Shown in pieces: positions 47,882-57,126 of a DNA stretch of 64,000 nucleotides. This DNA comes from an uncultured Clostridium sp. Lineage in GTDB: Bacteria > Bacillota > Clostridia > TANB77 > CAG-508. Below the pieces are notes generated by a model. That model had not been told where the DNA came from. It made no database searches and saw nothing but the letters and a program-made list of their open reading frames with translations. Where the stretch lies: NCBI GenBank assembly GCA_900553015.1, contig USBY01000008.1, positions 535 through 64,534 of the forward strand. Reading direction: 5' to 3'. Numbering within the stretch: the stretch's first letter is position 1; every line of letters begins with the position of its first letter. The position numbers and the translations under genes were made by a program.

Positions 47882-48532
47882 ATGAAATTATTTGATAAAT
47901 TTAATAAAAAAGAAACTAATAAAATAAATGCTCAAGGTTGGGATGCAATTACAAAAGAATGTGAAAGAATTTATCCTAATCAAACAAATCCAAAGCACTA
48001 TGGAACATTAATAAATTGGAAATTGGGAGGAAATGATCCTCTTGAAGGTATTAGTATATATGATGGTGGAGATTATTGGCATTTTGTTACATATGGTTTA
48101 TCAGAGTTATATGAAAAAGAATCTAATAATCAAGATATCAGTGGTTATGGAATGGAATTTACTCTTAAATTAAAGAAAGATAATTATGAAGATGAAGAAG
48201 CAGAAATAAAATGTATATGTGGAATATTGCAGGCGATTGCAAGAATTACTTTTACTAAAGGCGAGTTATTTAAGGCTTACGAATATTTATATACAGGACA
48301 AACAACTGGAATAGATACAAAAATGGAGTCTAATATAACAGGTTTTATAACGATTCCAGATAATAATTTTAACTCTATAAATACTCCAAATGGAACAGTT
48401 GACTTTGTAGAATTTATTGGTGTTACAAATGAAGAGTTATTGGCTATAATGAATAAAAAGCTTGATGTAAAAACATTATATGAAAAATTAGATAGTGATA
48501 TAACTAGTTATGATAGGAAATCAGTTATTTAG
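47882..48532 (+). CDS. suppressor-of-fused (SUFU)-like domain protein
   Basis: GWDAITKECERIYPNQ..PKHYGT...ISIYDGGDYWHFVTYGLSELY matches bacterial SUFU-like proteins as I recall them. Confidence 0.65.
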   Translation: MKLFDKFNKKETNKINAQGWDAITKECERIYPNQTNPKHYGTLINWKLGGNDPLEGISIYDGGDYWHFVTYGLSELYEKESNNQDISGYGMEFTLKLKKDNYEDEEAEIKCICGILQAIARITFTKGELFKAYEYLYTGQTTGIDTKMESNITGFITIPDNNFNSINTPNGTVDFVEFIGVTNEELLAIMNKKLDVKTLYEKLDSDITSYDRKSVI

Positions 48533-48549
48533 ATTGATAGTGAGAACAA

Positions 48550-48598
48550 ATTAAGCCTACTGAAAAAAATTTTAAGAAGGCTTAATTTTATTTTTTTC
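48550..48598. terminator. bidirectional hairpin between convergent genes
   Basis: ATTAAGCCT / AGGCTTAAT 9-bp stem followed by TTTATTTTTTT. Confidence 0.7.
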
Positions 48599-49267
48599 AA
48601 TTGCTTTTAGAATATATTTTGTTGCTAATGGTGTCTTACAACTTGTGTCACCCATATCCACAAAAACTTCTCCGATAACCTTTGAAACATTGAGGGCTTC
48701 TGCCTGTAAAAGTTTATAAAAACTCCCAACAGCAATTACAAAATTATTCATCGAATAGCGAACACGATTAGGACTTTGATGTATATTTAATTCAATGTTA
48801 TGCAAGTATTGTTTGATTTTTTCTTTATTAATTTTATCATTATTTTTATCTTAAAATAGATTACAGTAGCATGACCAACCTGCTGACTGGTGCAAGTCTT
48901 TATTACTAAATATCCATTCGTCTGCAATTTCTTGAGCCATAGAAGATTTAGCCAATGTAGTTGCAACAGTATAATCGGATAATCCATGACAATATGCATT
49001 TTCAATCCATTTTTCAAAATCTTCTTTTGTCATTTTTAATGGGTCTGCAATTAAGCCTGCTAAATACATGGCATCATAGTTTCCTGTTTCATATAGTTTT
49101 ATTGATAAATCATAATTCTTTTTTATTTCTCTTACAATAGGTCGTAAATCCATTGTTTTTATACCAAATAAAGGCTCTTTTGCACCATGCTTTATATAGA
49201 TTTTTTTAATTTGCTCATTACCTAGACTTTCTAGTTTTTGCATAATAAGGTTAACAGTATTTTCCAT
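48572..49267 (-). pseudogene. DNA alkylation repair protein (AlkD-like HEAT repeat) with an in-frame TAA
   Basis: Track ORFs 48851-49267 and 48572-48805 are in the same frame. Reading through TAA at 48851-48853 gives ...GWSCYCNLF*DKNNDKINKEKIKQYLHNIELNIH... Confidence 0.65.
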
Positions 49268-49420
49268 ATTTAAATCCTTTTTATTTTAGTATATCATGTT
49301 TAAATTTTTCTATTCTTACTGTATAACAACTATAATTTACAAAAAGACTACACAAATTATAAAAAATATGTTACAATTATTACCGTAATTTATAGAAAAT
49401 AATAAAGAGGAGGAATTAAG

Positions 49421-50146
49421 ATGTCAGGACACAGTAAATGGCACAACATACAAGCCAAAAAAGGAAAAGCTGATGCAGCAAGAGGAAAAATATTTACAAA
49501 ACTAGGAAGAGAAATATTAATCGCAGTAAAACAAGGTGGACCAGACCCGGCAGGTAATTCCAAATTAAAAGATGTAATTTCAAAATGCAAGGCAAATAAC
49601 ATGCCTAATGATACAATAAATAATGCTATTAAAAAAGCTTCTGGAGCAACAGATACTTCAAATTATGAAGAAATTACATATGAAGGATATGGAACAAATG
49701 GTGTTGCAGTTATAGTAGAAGCTAGTACAGATAATAGAAATAGAACAGCAGCAGATGTAAGACACGTATTTGATAAAGCTGGTGGAAATTTAGGAACAAC
49801 AGGTTGTGTATCATACTTATTTAATAAAAAAGGAATTATTGTTATAGATAAAGAAAGTACAAATATGGAAGAAGATGATTTAATGATGCTAGCATTAGAT
49901 GCTGGTGCAGAAGATTTTTCTTCAGACGAAAATTGCTACGAAATAACAACAGCTCCTGCTGATTTCTCAAGTGTAAGGGATGCGTTAGAAGAAGCTGGAT
50001 TAGAATTCGTAGAAGCAGAAGTACAAATGGTTCCAACTACATATGTTTCTTTAAGTGAAGCAGATGGAGAAAAAATGCAAAGATTAATAGATAATCTAGA
50101 AGATTTAGATGATGTTATGAATGTATACCATAACTGGGAACAATAA
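49421..50146 (+). CDS. YebC/PmpR family DNA-binding transcriptional regulator
   Basis: [28 protein letters not shown] is the invariant YebC N-terminus. Confidence 0.93.
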   Translation: MSGHSKWHNIQAKKGKADAARGKIFTKLGREILIAVKQGGPDPAGNSKLKDVISKCKANNMPNDTINNAIKKASGATDTSNYEEITYEGYGTNGVAVIVEASTDNRNRTAADVRHVFDKAGGNLGTTGCVSYLFNKKGIIVIDKESTNMEEDDLMMLALDAGAEDFSSDENCYEITTAPADFSSVRDALEEAGLEFVEAEVQMVPTTYVSLSEADGEKMQRLIDNLEDLDDVMNVYHNWEQ

Positions 50147-50260
50147 GAAAAGTTGTTCTGCAATTGCACACGCATATAAAGTTTAACATTGCTAATTCAT
50201 AGACAAATAGCAACTTTTTAATATGCAATAAGTTAAAAAATAGTAATAATTTATATATAA

Positions 50261-50292
50261 AGCACATATATATTTAATATATGTGCTTTTTT
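50261..50292 (+). terminator. rho-independent terminator after the YebC-family gene
   Basis: AGCACATATAT / ATATATGTGCT stem followed by T6. Confidence 0.8.
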
Positions 50293-50350
50293 CATGTTCT
50301 ATTATTAAGTTTTCGAATATGAAAAGCATAAATATGGAAAGGACAAGGTA

Positions 50351-51280
50351 ATGACATATAACGAGATTTTAAGATATTTTCCAAGAAGAATAAGTACTAG
50401 CCTAGAAGATATTTTTAAACAAACAAATTATGTTATAGAAGAAATTAGATTGAGAACAGAAAGACCAATAATAATAAAACATTCCAAAGGGGAAGAAATA
50501 TTAAAAACAACAGTTTCTATAAATGAAATATTAGAAACACTTCAACATATTTGTGATAATTCAATATATACATATCAAAACCAAATTTGCAATGGATTTG
50601 TTACTATAAAAGGTGGACATAGAATAGGAATATCAGGAAGTGTAGTACAAACTGATGGAAAAATAACCAATATAAACTATATTTCAAATCTTAATTTTAG
50701 AATAGCCAGACAAATAATAGGTGCTAGTAATGAAATCTTAAGATACATAATAAATATGGAAGAAAATAGTATATACAATACTTTAATAGCATCATCACCA
50801 GGAGCTGGTAAAACAACGATCTTAAGAGATGTTGTAAGAAGACTAAGTGATGGAATTGATCAAATTAATTTTAAAGGTAAAACAATAAGTCTTGTAGATG
50901 AAAGAGGAGAGATTGCTGCAGTATATAAAGGTGTTCCGCAAAATGATATTGGAGTTAGAACAGATGTTATGGACAACGTGGACAAAAGTATCGGTATGAG
51001 ACTGTTAATAAGATCTATGTCTCCAGAAATAATTGTTGCAGATGAAATAGGTAAAGACGAAGATGTAGAAGCTATAAATTATGCAGTTTGTTCTGGAATC
51101 AAGGGGATTTTTACTGCACATGGTGGAAGTTTAAAAGAATTACAATTAAATCCTGCTATATCAAAAATAATAGACAAACATATATTTGAAAGAATAATTT
51201 TTTTGGATAAAACAATTAAAGGAAAAGTAAAAACAGTATATGCTTTAGACAAAATAAATAATGAATATGTAACAATTTAA
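50351..51280 (+). CDS. spoIIIAA: stage III sporulation protein AA (ATPase)
   Basis: Walker A SPGAGKTTILRD, EIRLR...P N-terminal motif; first gene of an eight-gene spoIIIA array. Confidence 0.92.
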   Translation: MTYNEILRYFPRRISTSLEDIFKQTNYVIEEIRLRTERPIIIKHSKGEEILKTTVSINEILETLQHICDNSIYTYQNQICNGFVTIKGGHRIGISGSVVQTDGKITNINYISNLNFRIARQIIGASNEILRYIINMEENSIYNTLIASSPGAGKTTILRDVVRRLSDGIDQINFKGKTISLVDERGEIAAVYKGVPQNDIGVRTDVMDNVDKSIGMRLLIRSMSPEIIVADEIGKDEDVEAINYAVCSGIKGIFTAHGGSLKELQLNPAISKIIDKHIFERIIFLDKTIKGKVKTVYALDKINNEYVTI

Positions 51281-51334
51281 ATTCTTAGTTCTAAAATGAA
51301 ATTTAGTGAATATATATAATAGGGGAAGATAAAA

Positions 51335-51844
51335 ATGGGAATTTTTAAAATAATACTTTTAACAGCAATAATGGGTATGTGTACAGTTTTAGGAATTATG
51401 AAAGCAAATAAATATAAATTAAGAGTAATTGATTTGCAAGAAATAAAAAAAGCTTTAAATTTGGCAATAACAAAAATGAGATATACATATGAACCATTAC
51501 CGGAATTATTTAAAGAAATATCAAAAGATTTAAATGAAAACATAGCTAATATTTTTATTAAAGCACATACATATATGGAAACCTTAAATGCGGGACAGGC
51601 ATGGGAAAAAGCGGTTGATGAAAGTAGCAATAACTTTACAAATGAGGATATGAATATCATTAAAGGACTATCAAAACTATTAGGCAAAACAGATTTAGAA
51701 GGACAACTTATGCAAATAGAATTAACAACCAAATTAATAGATGAACAAATCATAGAAGCAACAAATCTACAAAATAAAAACACCAAATTATATAAAACAT
51801 TAGGCGCAACTGTCGGACTGGCTATAATGATTATTTTTATATAA
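51335..51844 (+). CDS. spoIIIAB: stage III sporulation protein AB
   Basis: 169 aa, terminal TM helices, position and size as in spoIIIA operons. Confidence 0.85.
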   Translation: MGIFKIILLTAIMGMCTVLGIMKANKYKLRVIDLQEIKKALNLAITKMRYTYEPLPELFKEISKDLNENIANIFIKAHTYMETLNAGQAWEKAVDESSNNFTNEDMNIIKGLSKLLGKTDLEGQLMQIELTTKLIDEQIIEATNLQNKNTKLYKTLGATVGLAIMIIFI

Positions 51845-51856
51845 GGGGAGAGCAAT

Positions 51857-52051
51857 ATGGATATAAATTTATTATTTAAAATAGCAGCAATAGGAATTTT
51901 AGTAGCGGTACTATACCAAGTATTAGTACGAGCAGGGCGAGAAGACCAAGCTATGATGACAACACTTGCAGGTCTAATTATTGTATTAACAATGGTAATA
52001 AAGGAAATAAGTACACTGTTTGGCAGTGTTAGAACAATGTTTAACCTATAG
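51857..52051 (+). CDS. spoIIIAC: stage III sporulation protein AC
   Basis: 64 aa, two TM helices, FKIAAIGILVAVL..GREDQA motif. Confidence 0.9.
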   Translation: MDINLLFKIAAIGILVAVLYQVLVRAGREDQAMMTTLAGLIIVLTMVIKEISTLFGSVRTMFNL

Positions 52052-52054
52052 AAA

Positions 52055-52140
52055 AATAGGAAAATAGGGAAATAGGGACGGTCCTTAAATCCCTATTCGA
52101 TACAAAAAAGGGAAAAAAGGAACGTCCCCAAATCCCTAAA
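52055..52140. repeat. long-form copy of the dispersed hairpin repeat inside the spoIIIA operon
   Basis: Unit at 52064-52096 (ATAGGGAAATAGGGACGGTCCTTAAATCCCTAT) plus inverted partner at 52110-52139. Fills most of the spoIIIAC-spoIIIAD gap. Confidence 0.9.
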
Positions 52141-52158
52141 ATTCCTAAAGGAGCTAAT

Positions 52159-52545
52159 ATGGATATTATAAAAATAGTGGGAATTGGTATAGTTGCAGTA
52201 ATTATAATAACTATAATAAAACAGTATAAACCAGAATTTGCTATTTATGTTTCTATCATTGCCGGTATAATCATCTTTTTTATGGTTTTTGACCAACTTT
52301 CTGGAATAATTAATTTGATAAACGAATTAACGTCTAAAGCAAATATAAATAGTGATTTTATAAAAATACTTCTAAAAATTACAGGAATAGCTTTTTTAGC
52401 AGAATTTGCAGTTCAGATATGTATGGACTTAGGAGAGTCTGCTTTAGCTAATAAAGTTGATTTAGGTGGCAAAGTTATAATAATTTCTCTTTCTATTCCA
52501 ATACTATCTTCATTAGTAGAATCTGTTGTACAAATTCTACCTTAA
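52159..52545 (+). CDS. spoIIIAD: stage III sporulation protein AD
   Basis: 128 aa polytopic membrane protein; position and size match. Confidence 0.88.
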   Translation: MDIIKIVGIGIVAVIIITIIKQYKPEFAIYVSIIAGIIIFFMVFDQLSGIINLINELTSKANINSDFIKILLKITGIAFLAEFAVQICMDLGESALANKVDLGGKVIIISLSIPILSSLVESVVQILP

Positions 52546-52557
52546 AGGAGTTTGCAA

Positions 52558-53706
52558 ATGAAAAAACTAATAACAATATTTGCTATTCTGATTTGTATTT
52601 TTGGTACAAGTATTTCTATAGCAGATACAGAAGATGAAGTTATAAATTCACAAATGGATTCATTTAATATTTCTAATTTTATAGATGAGGCCAACAAATA
52701 TTCCAATGATATTCTTAAAGATATTGACATACAAGAATTGTTAAATAACGCTATAAAAGGAGAATTAGACACAAATCAATTATTAAAAAATATTTTTCCT
52801 CTTCTCGGCACAGAAATTAAAGAAGCATTAAAAGTTATGGGAAGTATATTAATAATTGTATTAATACATAGTGTACTAAAAAGTATAAGTGATAATCTAA
52901 ATAATAAAAGCGTAGCTCAAATTACATATTATGTACAATATATTTTAATTGCAACAGTAATAATGACTAATTTTTCAAGTATTATAACACTTACAAAAGA
53001 AGCAGTAGGAAATATGATTTCTTTTATACAATTACTATTTCCTCTTCTAATGACATTAATGCTTGCTTCTGGAAGTGTTGTGTCGGTAAATTTAGTACAA
53101 CCAATAATATTATTTATAATAAATTTAATTTCAAATATATTTCAATCAATAATCATACCAATAATCTTAGTAGGTACAGCACTTGCAATTGTTTCAAAAA
53201 TATCAGATAGAATTCAAATAGATAAATTATCAAAATTTTTAAAATCTAGTTCAGTTTGGGTAATAGGATTATTACTTACAATATTCGTAGGAGTTTTGTC
53301 AATAGAAGGAACTTTAGGCAGTAGTGTAGATGGTATAACAGCTAAAACAGCCAAAGCTGCAGTTTCTAGTTTTATCCCTGTTGTAGGTAAAGTACTAGGA
53401 GATGCAGTTGATACAGTAATTGGTTGTTCAGCAATTTTAAAAAATGCTATAGGAATAGTTGGCGTTATTGTAGTAATTGCTATATGTATAACACCAATAT
53501 TAAAACTAGCAATTATAACTATAATATATCATCTTACTGCAGCTTTATGTGAGCCAATAGCAGATTCAAAAATTGTATCATTAATAACTCAAATGGCAGA
53601 TACATTTAAGATATTACTAGCAATACTGTGTTCTATAAGTGTGATGCTTATAATTGGAATAACTTTAGTTATTAATATTTCTAATACAGGACTAATGTAT
53701 AGGTAG
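52558..53706 (+). CDS. spoIIIAE: stage III sporulation protein AE
   Basis: ATG 52558 after AAGGAG. Signal-like N-terminus then multiple TM helices; ~380 aa. Confidence 0.88.
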   Translation: MKKLITIFAILICIFGTSISIADTEDEVINSQMDSFNISNFIDEANKYSNDILKDIDIQELLNNAIKGELDTNQLLKNIFPLLGTEIKEALKVMGSILIIVLIHSVLKSISDNLNNKSVAQITYYVQYILIATVIMTNFSSIITLTKEAVGNMISFIQLLFPLLMTLMLASGSVVSVNLVQPIILFIINLISNIFQSIIIPIILVGTALAIVSKISDRIQIDKLSKFLKSSSVWVIGLLLTIFVGVLSIEGTLGSSVDGITAKTAKAAVSSFIPVVGKVLGDAVDTVIGCSAILKNAIGIVGVIVVIAICITPILKLAIITIIYHLTAALCEPIADSKIVSLITQMADTFKILLAILCSISVMLIIGITLVINISNTGLMYR

Positions 53707-53714
53707 GTATTAAA

Positions 53715-54308
53715 ATGATTTCATGGTTTAATAGTTGGGCACAAGGAATTATTCTAGCAGTTATAATTGTAACTATTTTAGAGATGATTGTGCCAGAAGG
53801 AAAAAATAAAAAATACATAAAGATTGTTATGGGAGTCTATATTACATTTACAATAATTTCTCCAATAATTACAAAAGTTACTGGAAATAATTTTGAACTT
53901 GATGTTAGTAAATATGAAGATCTATTTAATTCAAATTCTGTACAAGGAGCAAATGAGATTACAAGTATTAATAATCAAAGTATAGAAAATTTGTATTTAA
54001 ATACTATTAAGACAGATATAAAGACAGAATTAGATAATGAAGGGTATGAAAGTAAAAAGATTAATATAACTGCAGATATAAATGTAGAAAACGAAGAAGC
54101 TAAAATATACAAAATTGATATTGAGGTAACTAAAAAGCAAAATGAAAAAGATATAAAGAAAGTAAACAAAGTAGAGATAGGTAATAGTACAGATGAATCT
54201 AATGTAGAAGAATCTACTATATCATCAGGTGAAGTAAATAAATTAAAAGAAGTATTAGCAGAAAAATATGAAATAGAAAAAGAAAAAATTTATATAAATG
54301 GAAAGTAA
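53715..54308 (+). CDS. spoIIIAF: stage III sporulation protein AF
   Basis: N-terminus W..I..IIL..I...L.ML.P, two TM helices; operon position. Confidence 0.85.
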   Translation: MISWFNSWAQGIILAVIIVTILEMIVPEGKNKKYIKIVMGVYITFTIISPIITKVTGNNFELDVSKYEDLFNSNSVQGANEITSINNQSIENLYLNTIKTDIKTELDNEGYESKKINITADINVENEEAKIYKIDIEVTKKQNEKDIKKVNKVEIGNSTDESNVEESTISSGEVNKLKEVLAEKYEIEKEKIYINGK

Positions 54309-54321
54309 GGAGGTGGTATGA

Positions 54322-54930
54322 ATGTTAAAAGAAAAAATACAACAATTAAAGGAAAATATGACTAAAAGTGATAATAAAACTGGTAAGAAAAAAGTAGAAA
54401 ATTTAGTAGTTGGAATACTTATATTAATAGTAACAGTAATTGCAATTAATACCATCTTGGCAGATGATGATAAAAAAGAAACAAGCAAAGATAGTAATAC
54501 AACAAATAACACGACAGTAGCAGAAACAACACAGGTAAACAATAATAGTTTAGAAGAAAGATTAGAAGGCATATTAGCAAAAATTAAAGGTGTTGGAAAG
54601 GTAGATGTATTAATTAATTATTCTGAAAGCACAGAAGTAGTTGCAATGTATAATGAGAACATAAAAGAAACTTCTACAGAAGAACAAGATGAATCTGGAG
54701 GTACTAGGGTTATAACAGAAAATGATATTCAAAGAGATGTAATATTTCAGGAAGATAATGGAGAGAAAACACCAATTACACAAAAGACTATTATGCCAAA
54801 AATAGAAGGAACAATAATAACTGCAGAAGGTGCAGGAGATGCAAACGTAAAGGAAAATATCATACAAGCAGTATCAGCAGCTACAGGACTTGCATCACAT
54901 AAAATACAAGTTTTCCAAATGTCAAAATAA
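54322..54930 (+). CDS. spoIIIAG: stage III sporulation protein AG
   Basis: Single TM helix, then the ring-building domain (LEERLEGILAKIKGVGKVDVLI). Confidence 0.85.
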   Translation: MLKEKIQQLKENMTKSDNKTGKKKVENLVVGILILIVTVIAINTILADDDKKETSKDSNTTNNTTVAETTQVNNNSLEERLEGILAKIKGVGKVDVLINYSESTEVVAMYNENIKETSTEEQDESGGTRVITENDIQRDVIFQEDNGEKTPITQKTIMPKIEGTIITAEGAGDANVKENIIQAVSAATGLASHKIQVFQMSK

Positions 54931-54948
54931 ATAAAAGGAGAGAAAATT

Positions 54949-55533
54949 ATGAATTTAAAGAATATTAAAAGTAATCAAATTATTTTATTTGTTGTAGCAT
55001 TAATGCTAGTGTCAGCAGGATATTTAAGTTATAGTATGAGAGGAACACCTGTTTCTAGTAACATTGTTTCAGAAAATGAGGTATCTAGTATTGGAGACGC
55101 ACAATTAGTTTCTAGTAATAACATTATAGATTCTAATAGTTTAAATGAAGTAAGTGTAGCAACTAGCAGTAGTTCCTCTTCTAGAACTGATGACTATTTT
55201 GCAAGCTCTAGGTTAGGTAGAGATACTATGTATTCACAAATGATAGAAAGTTATCAAAATTTATTAGATAATCAAAATGTGAGTGAGGAGCAAAAGACTG
55301 TAGCTACACAAGAGATTACAGAAATTAATAATACGCAGAATAGTATTATGATTTGTGAGAATTTAATAAAAACAAAGGGAATTAGTGATGTTGTTATTTT
55401 TGTAAATGATAAAAGTATAAATGTAATAGTAAAAGCAGATACATTAGAACAAGATACTATAGCTCAGATTCAAAATATTATAGCAAGAGAAATGAATGCA
55501 GAAATAGAGAATATACATATTAGTAATAAGTAA
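54949..55533 (+). CDS. spoIIIAH: stage III sporulation protein AH
   Basis: Single TM helix, DYFASSRLGRD..Y, C-terminal YscJ/FliF-like part; last gene of the array. Confidence 0.85.
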   Translation: MNLKNIKSNQIILFVVALMLVSAGYLSYSMRGTPVSSNIVSENEVSSIGDAQLVSSNNIIDSNSLNEVSVATSSSSSSRTDDYFASSRLGRDTMYSQMIESYQNLLDNQNVSEEQKTVATQEITEINNTQNSIMICENLIKTKGISDVVIFVNDKSINVIVKADTLEQDTIAQIQNIIAREMNAEIENIHISNK

Positions 55534-55534
55534 T

Positions 55535-55563
55535 TTGCGGTATTTTACATAAAGTGGTATAAT
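55535..55563 (+). promoter_or_regulatory. extended -10 promoter for 55633 (shares a ~25-nt block with 56029-56067)
   Basis: TTGCGG, 17 nt, TATAAT with TGG just upstream. Block ACATAAAGTGGTATAATTAATATGTAAC. Confidence 0.55.
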
Positions 55564-55632
55564 TAATATGTAACCCGAAAACAGCTGAATAAAATCTTTT
55601 CCCTACAATCTTTTTTCGTCAGGAGGAAGTAC

Positions 55633-55968
55633 ATGAAAATTTTGCTTGTGTTATTTTTTATTGTGTTTGCATTAGGAAGTTTGTTTATGCCAATTTTTAC
55701 AGTAAAATTAATTTGGAAGTTTGAACCCAAGAAAAAAGTCGGCATTAAAAAAATAATACGGTGTAATTATTTCCAAATTGCAGCCGGTTCTATAAACGGA
55801 TATATACTTAGTTTTACTATATGGCTGTTCAGTTTAGGCAAATTTGAAAATGCAATATATCTGTTTTTTATAATAACAGTAATAACATATATTATTGGAA
55901 AAGTATCATACAAGATCTTTTACAAAAAAATTAATAACAAATTAAGTAACAATATAAATAAGTATTAA
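55633..55968 (+). CDS. small hypothetical membrane protein
   Basis: RBS AGGAGGAAG; 111 aa; three hydrophobic helices. Confidence 0.5.
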   Translation: MKILLVLFFIVFALGSLFMPIFTVKLIWKFEPKKKVGIKKIIRCNYFQIAAGSINGYILSFTIWLFSLGKFENAIYLFFIITVITYIIGKVSYKIFYKKINNKLSNNINKY

Positions 55969-56028
55969 AAATGTATGCAGGGAAAAGTCGGAGGAGTCTG
56001 AGCCTTTGTTTTTTTATGTTTATAAAGT

Positions 56029-56057
56029 TTGTGTTTAACATAAAAAAGTGGTATAAT
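56029..56057 (+). promoter_or_regulatory. extended -10 promoter for 56208 with ~140-nt leader
   Basis: TTGTGT, 17 nt, TATAAT. Block ACATAAAAAAGTGGTATAATTAATATGTTAC nearly identical to 55547-55574. Confidence 0.55.
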
Positions 56058-56207
56058 TAATATGTTACAAGTGTTTTTTGCAAGTATTATATTTATCGCC
56101 AGGAATGGTAAGTACTCCTAAATATTGGATGGAAGAATGAATATAAACTTAAGGCTTGTACACTAAAGACGAAGGTACTCCTAGAAAGAGTACAAGGAGG
56201 ACTTAAT

Positions 56208-56456
56208 ATGTTAGGCAGAAAAAGAAAGATTCAGTGGCAATTGATTGAAAGTATTCTTGTTGAAAACAGCGAAAAGATTACCAATTCTGAAATGTGGAAA
56301 GTGGTAATTTATATTCCAATCAAAAAGGGAACTTTATACAAAAGAAATAAAGAGAATTTAGAACTTTTAGGTTGGACAGTGGTAGAAACTTTCGAGGAAG
56401 AATATTTTATCGTTCCAACTGCAATGTTCTTTCTTCAGGATAAGTTAGCAGGGTAA
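56208..56456 (+). CDS. small hypothetical protein (82 aa)
   Basis: RBS AAGGAGGA 6 nt upstream; own terminator; no recognisable domain. Confidence 0.5.
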   Translation: MLGRKRKIQWQLIESILVENSEKITNSEMWKVVIYIPIKKGTLYKRNKENLELLGWTVVETFEEEYFIVPTAMFFLQDKLAG

Positions 56457-56470
56457 TCTGCTAACTTTTT
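56444..56470 (+). terminator. rho-independent terminator overlapping the stop of 56208
   Basis: GTTAGCAG / CTGCTAAC stem followed by T5. Confidence 0.8.
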
Positions 56471-56564
56471 CTATTTATACAATAATTTTATACAAATTCA
56501 AATAAAACTCTTGAAATAAAACAATATAATTGATATCATATAATTTGCGTAAGGAGGCATATAA

Positions 56565-57068
56565 ATGAAATTAAACATTGTACTAGTAGAACCAGAAATA
56601 CCACAAAATACAGGCAATATTGTAAGAACTTGTGCAGCAACAGGAGCTAAATTACATTTAGTAGAACCATTAGGATTTCAAATATCAGATAGATATTTAA
56701 AGAGGGCTGGTTTAGATTACTGGGACAAGTTGGAAATAGAAAAACATATTTCTTTTGCAGAATTTCTAAAAAGATATGACCCTACACAAACAAATATGTT
56801 TTTTATTACATCTAAAGGTACACATAGATATGATGAACCTAAATACGAAAATATGGATGAAGTATTTTTATTATTTGGTAAAGAAACAAAAGGGCTACCA
56901 GAAGATATAATGAAAAAATATATTGATAAAACTATGAGAATTCCAATGATAGATGGAATTAGATGTTTAAATTTATCAAATGCTGTTTCTATTTTAGCAT
57001 ATGAAGTTTTAAGACATACTAATTTTGAACACTTAAAAGAAACAAGTGAAAGATTATTGGAAGATTAA
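56565..57068 (+). CDS. trmL: tRNA (cytidine/uridine-34 2'-O)-methyltransferase, SpoU/TrmL family
   Basis: LVEPEIPQNTGNIVRTCAATG and C-terminal LNLSNAVSILAYE knot motifs. Confidence 0.82.
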   Translation: MKLNIVLVEPEIPQNTGNIVRTCAATGAKLHLVEPLGFQISDRYLKRAGLDYWDKLEIEKHISFAEFLKRYDPTQTNMFFITSKGTHRYDEPKYENMDEVFLLFGKETKGLPEDIMKKYIDKTMRIPMIDGIRCLNLSNAVSILAYEVLRHTNFEHLKETSERLLED

Positions 57069-57126
57069 ATCACTGTATATTAGTATGTGATTATGTTTGT
57101 ACTTATCAATTAGGGAGGTTTTTTAA

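Noticed and set aside
50293-50350. A sigma-E type promoter upstream of spoIIIAA (CATAAATA near 50324).
   Set aside because: No -35 element was found at suitable spacing; the match is too weak in an AT-rich background to report as a feature.
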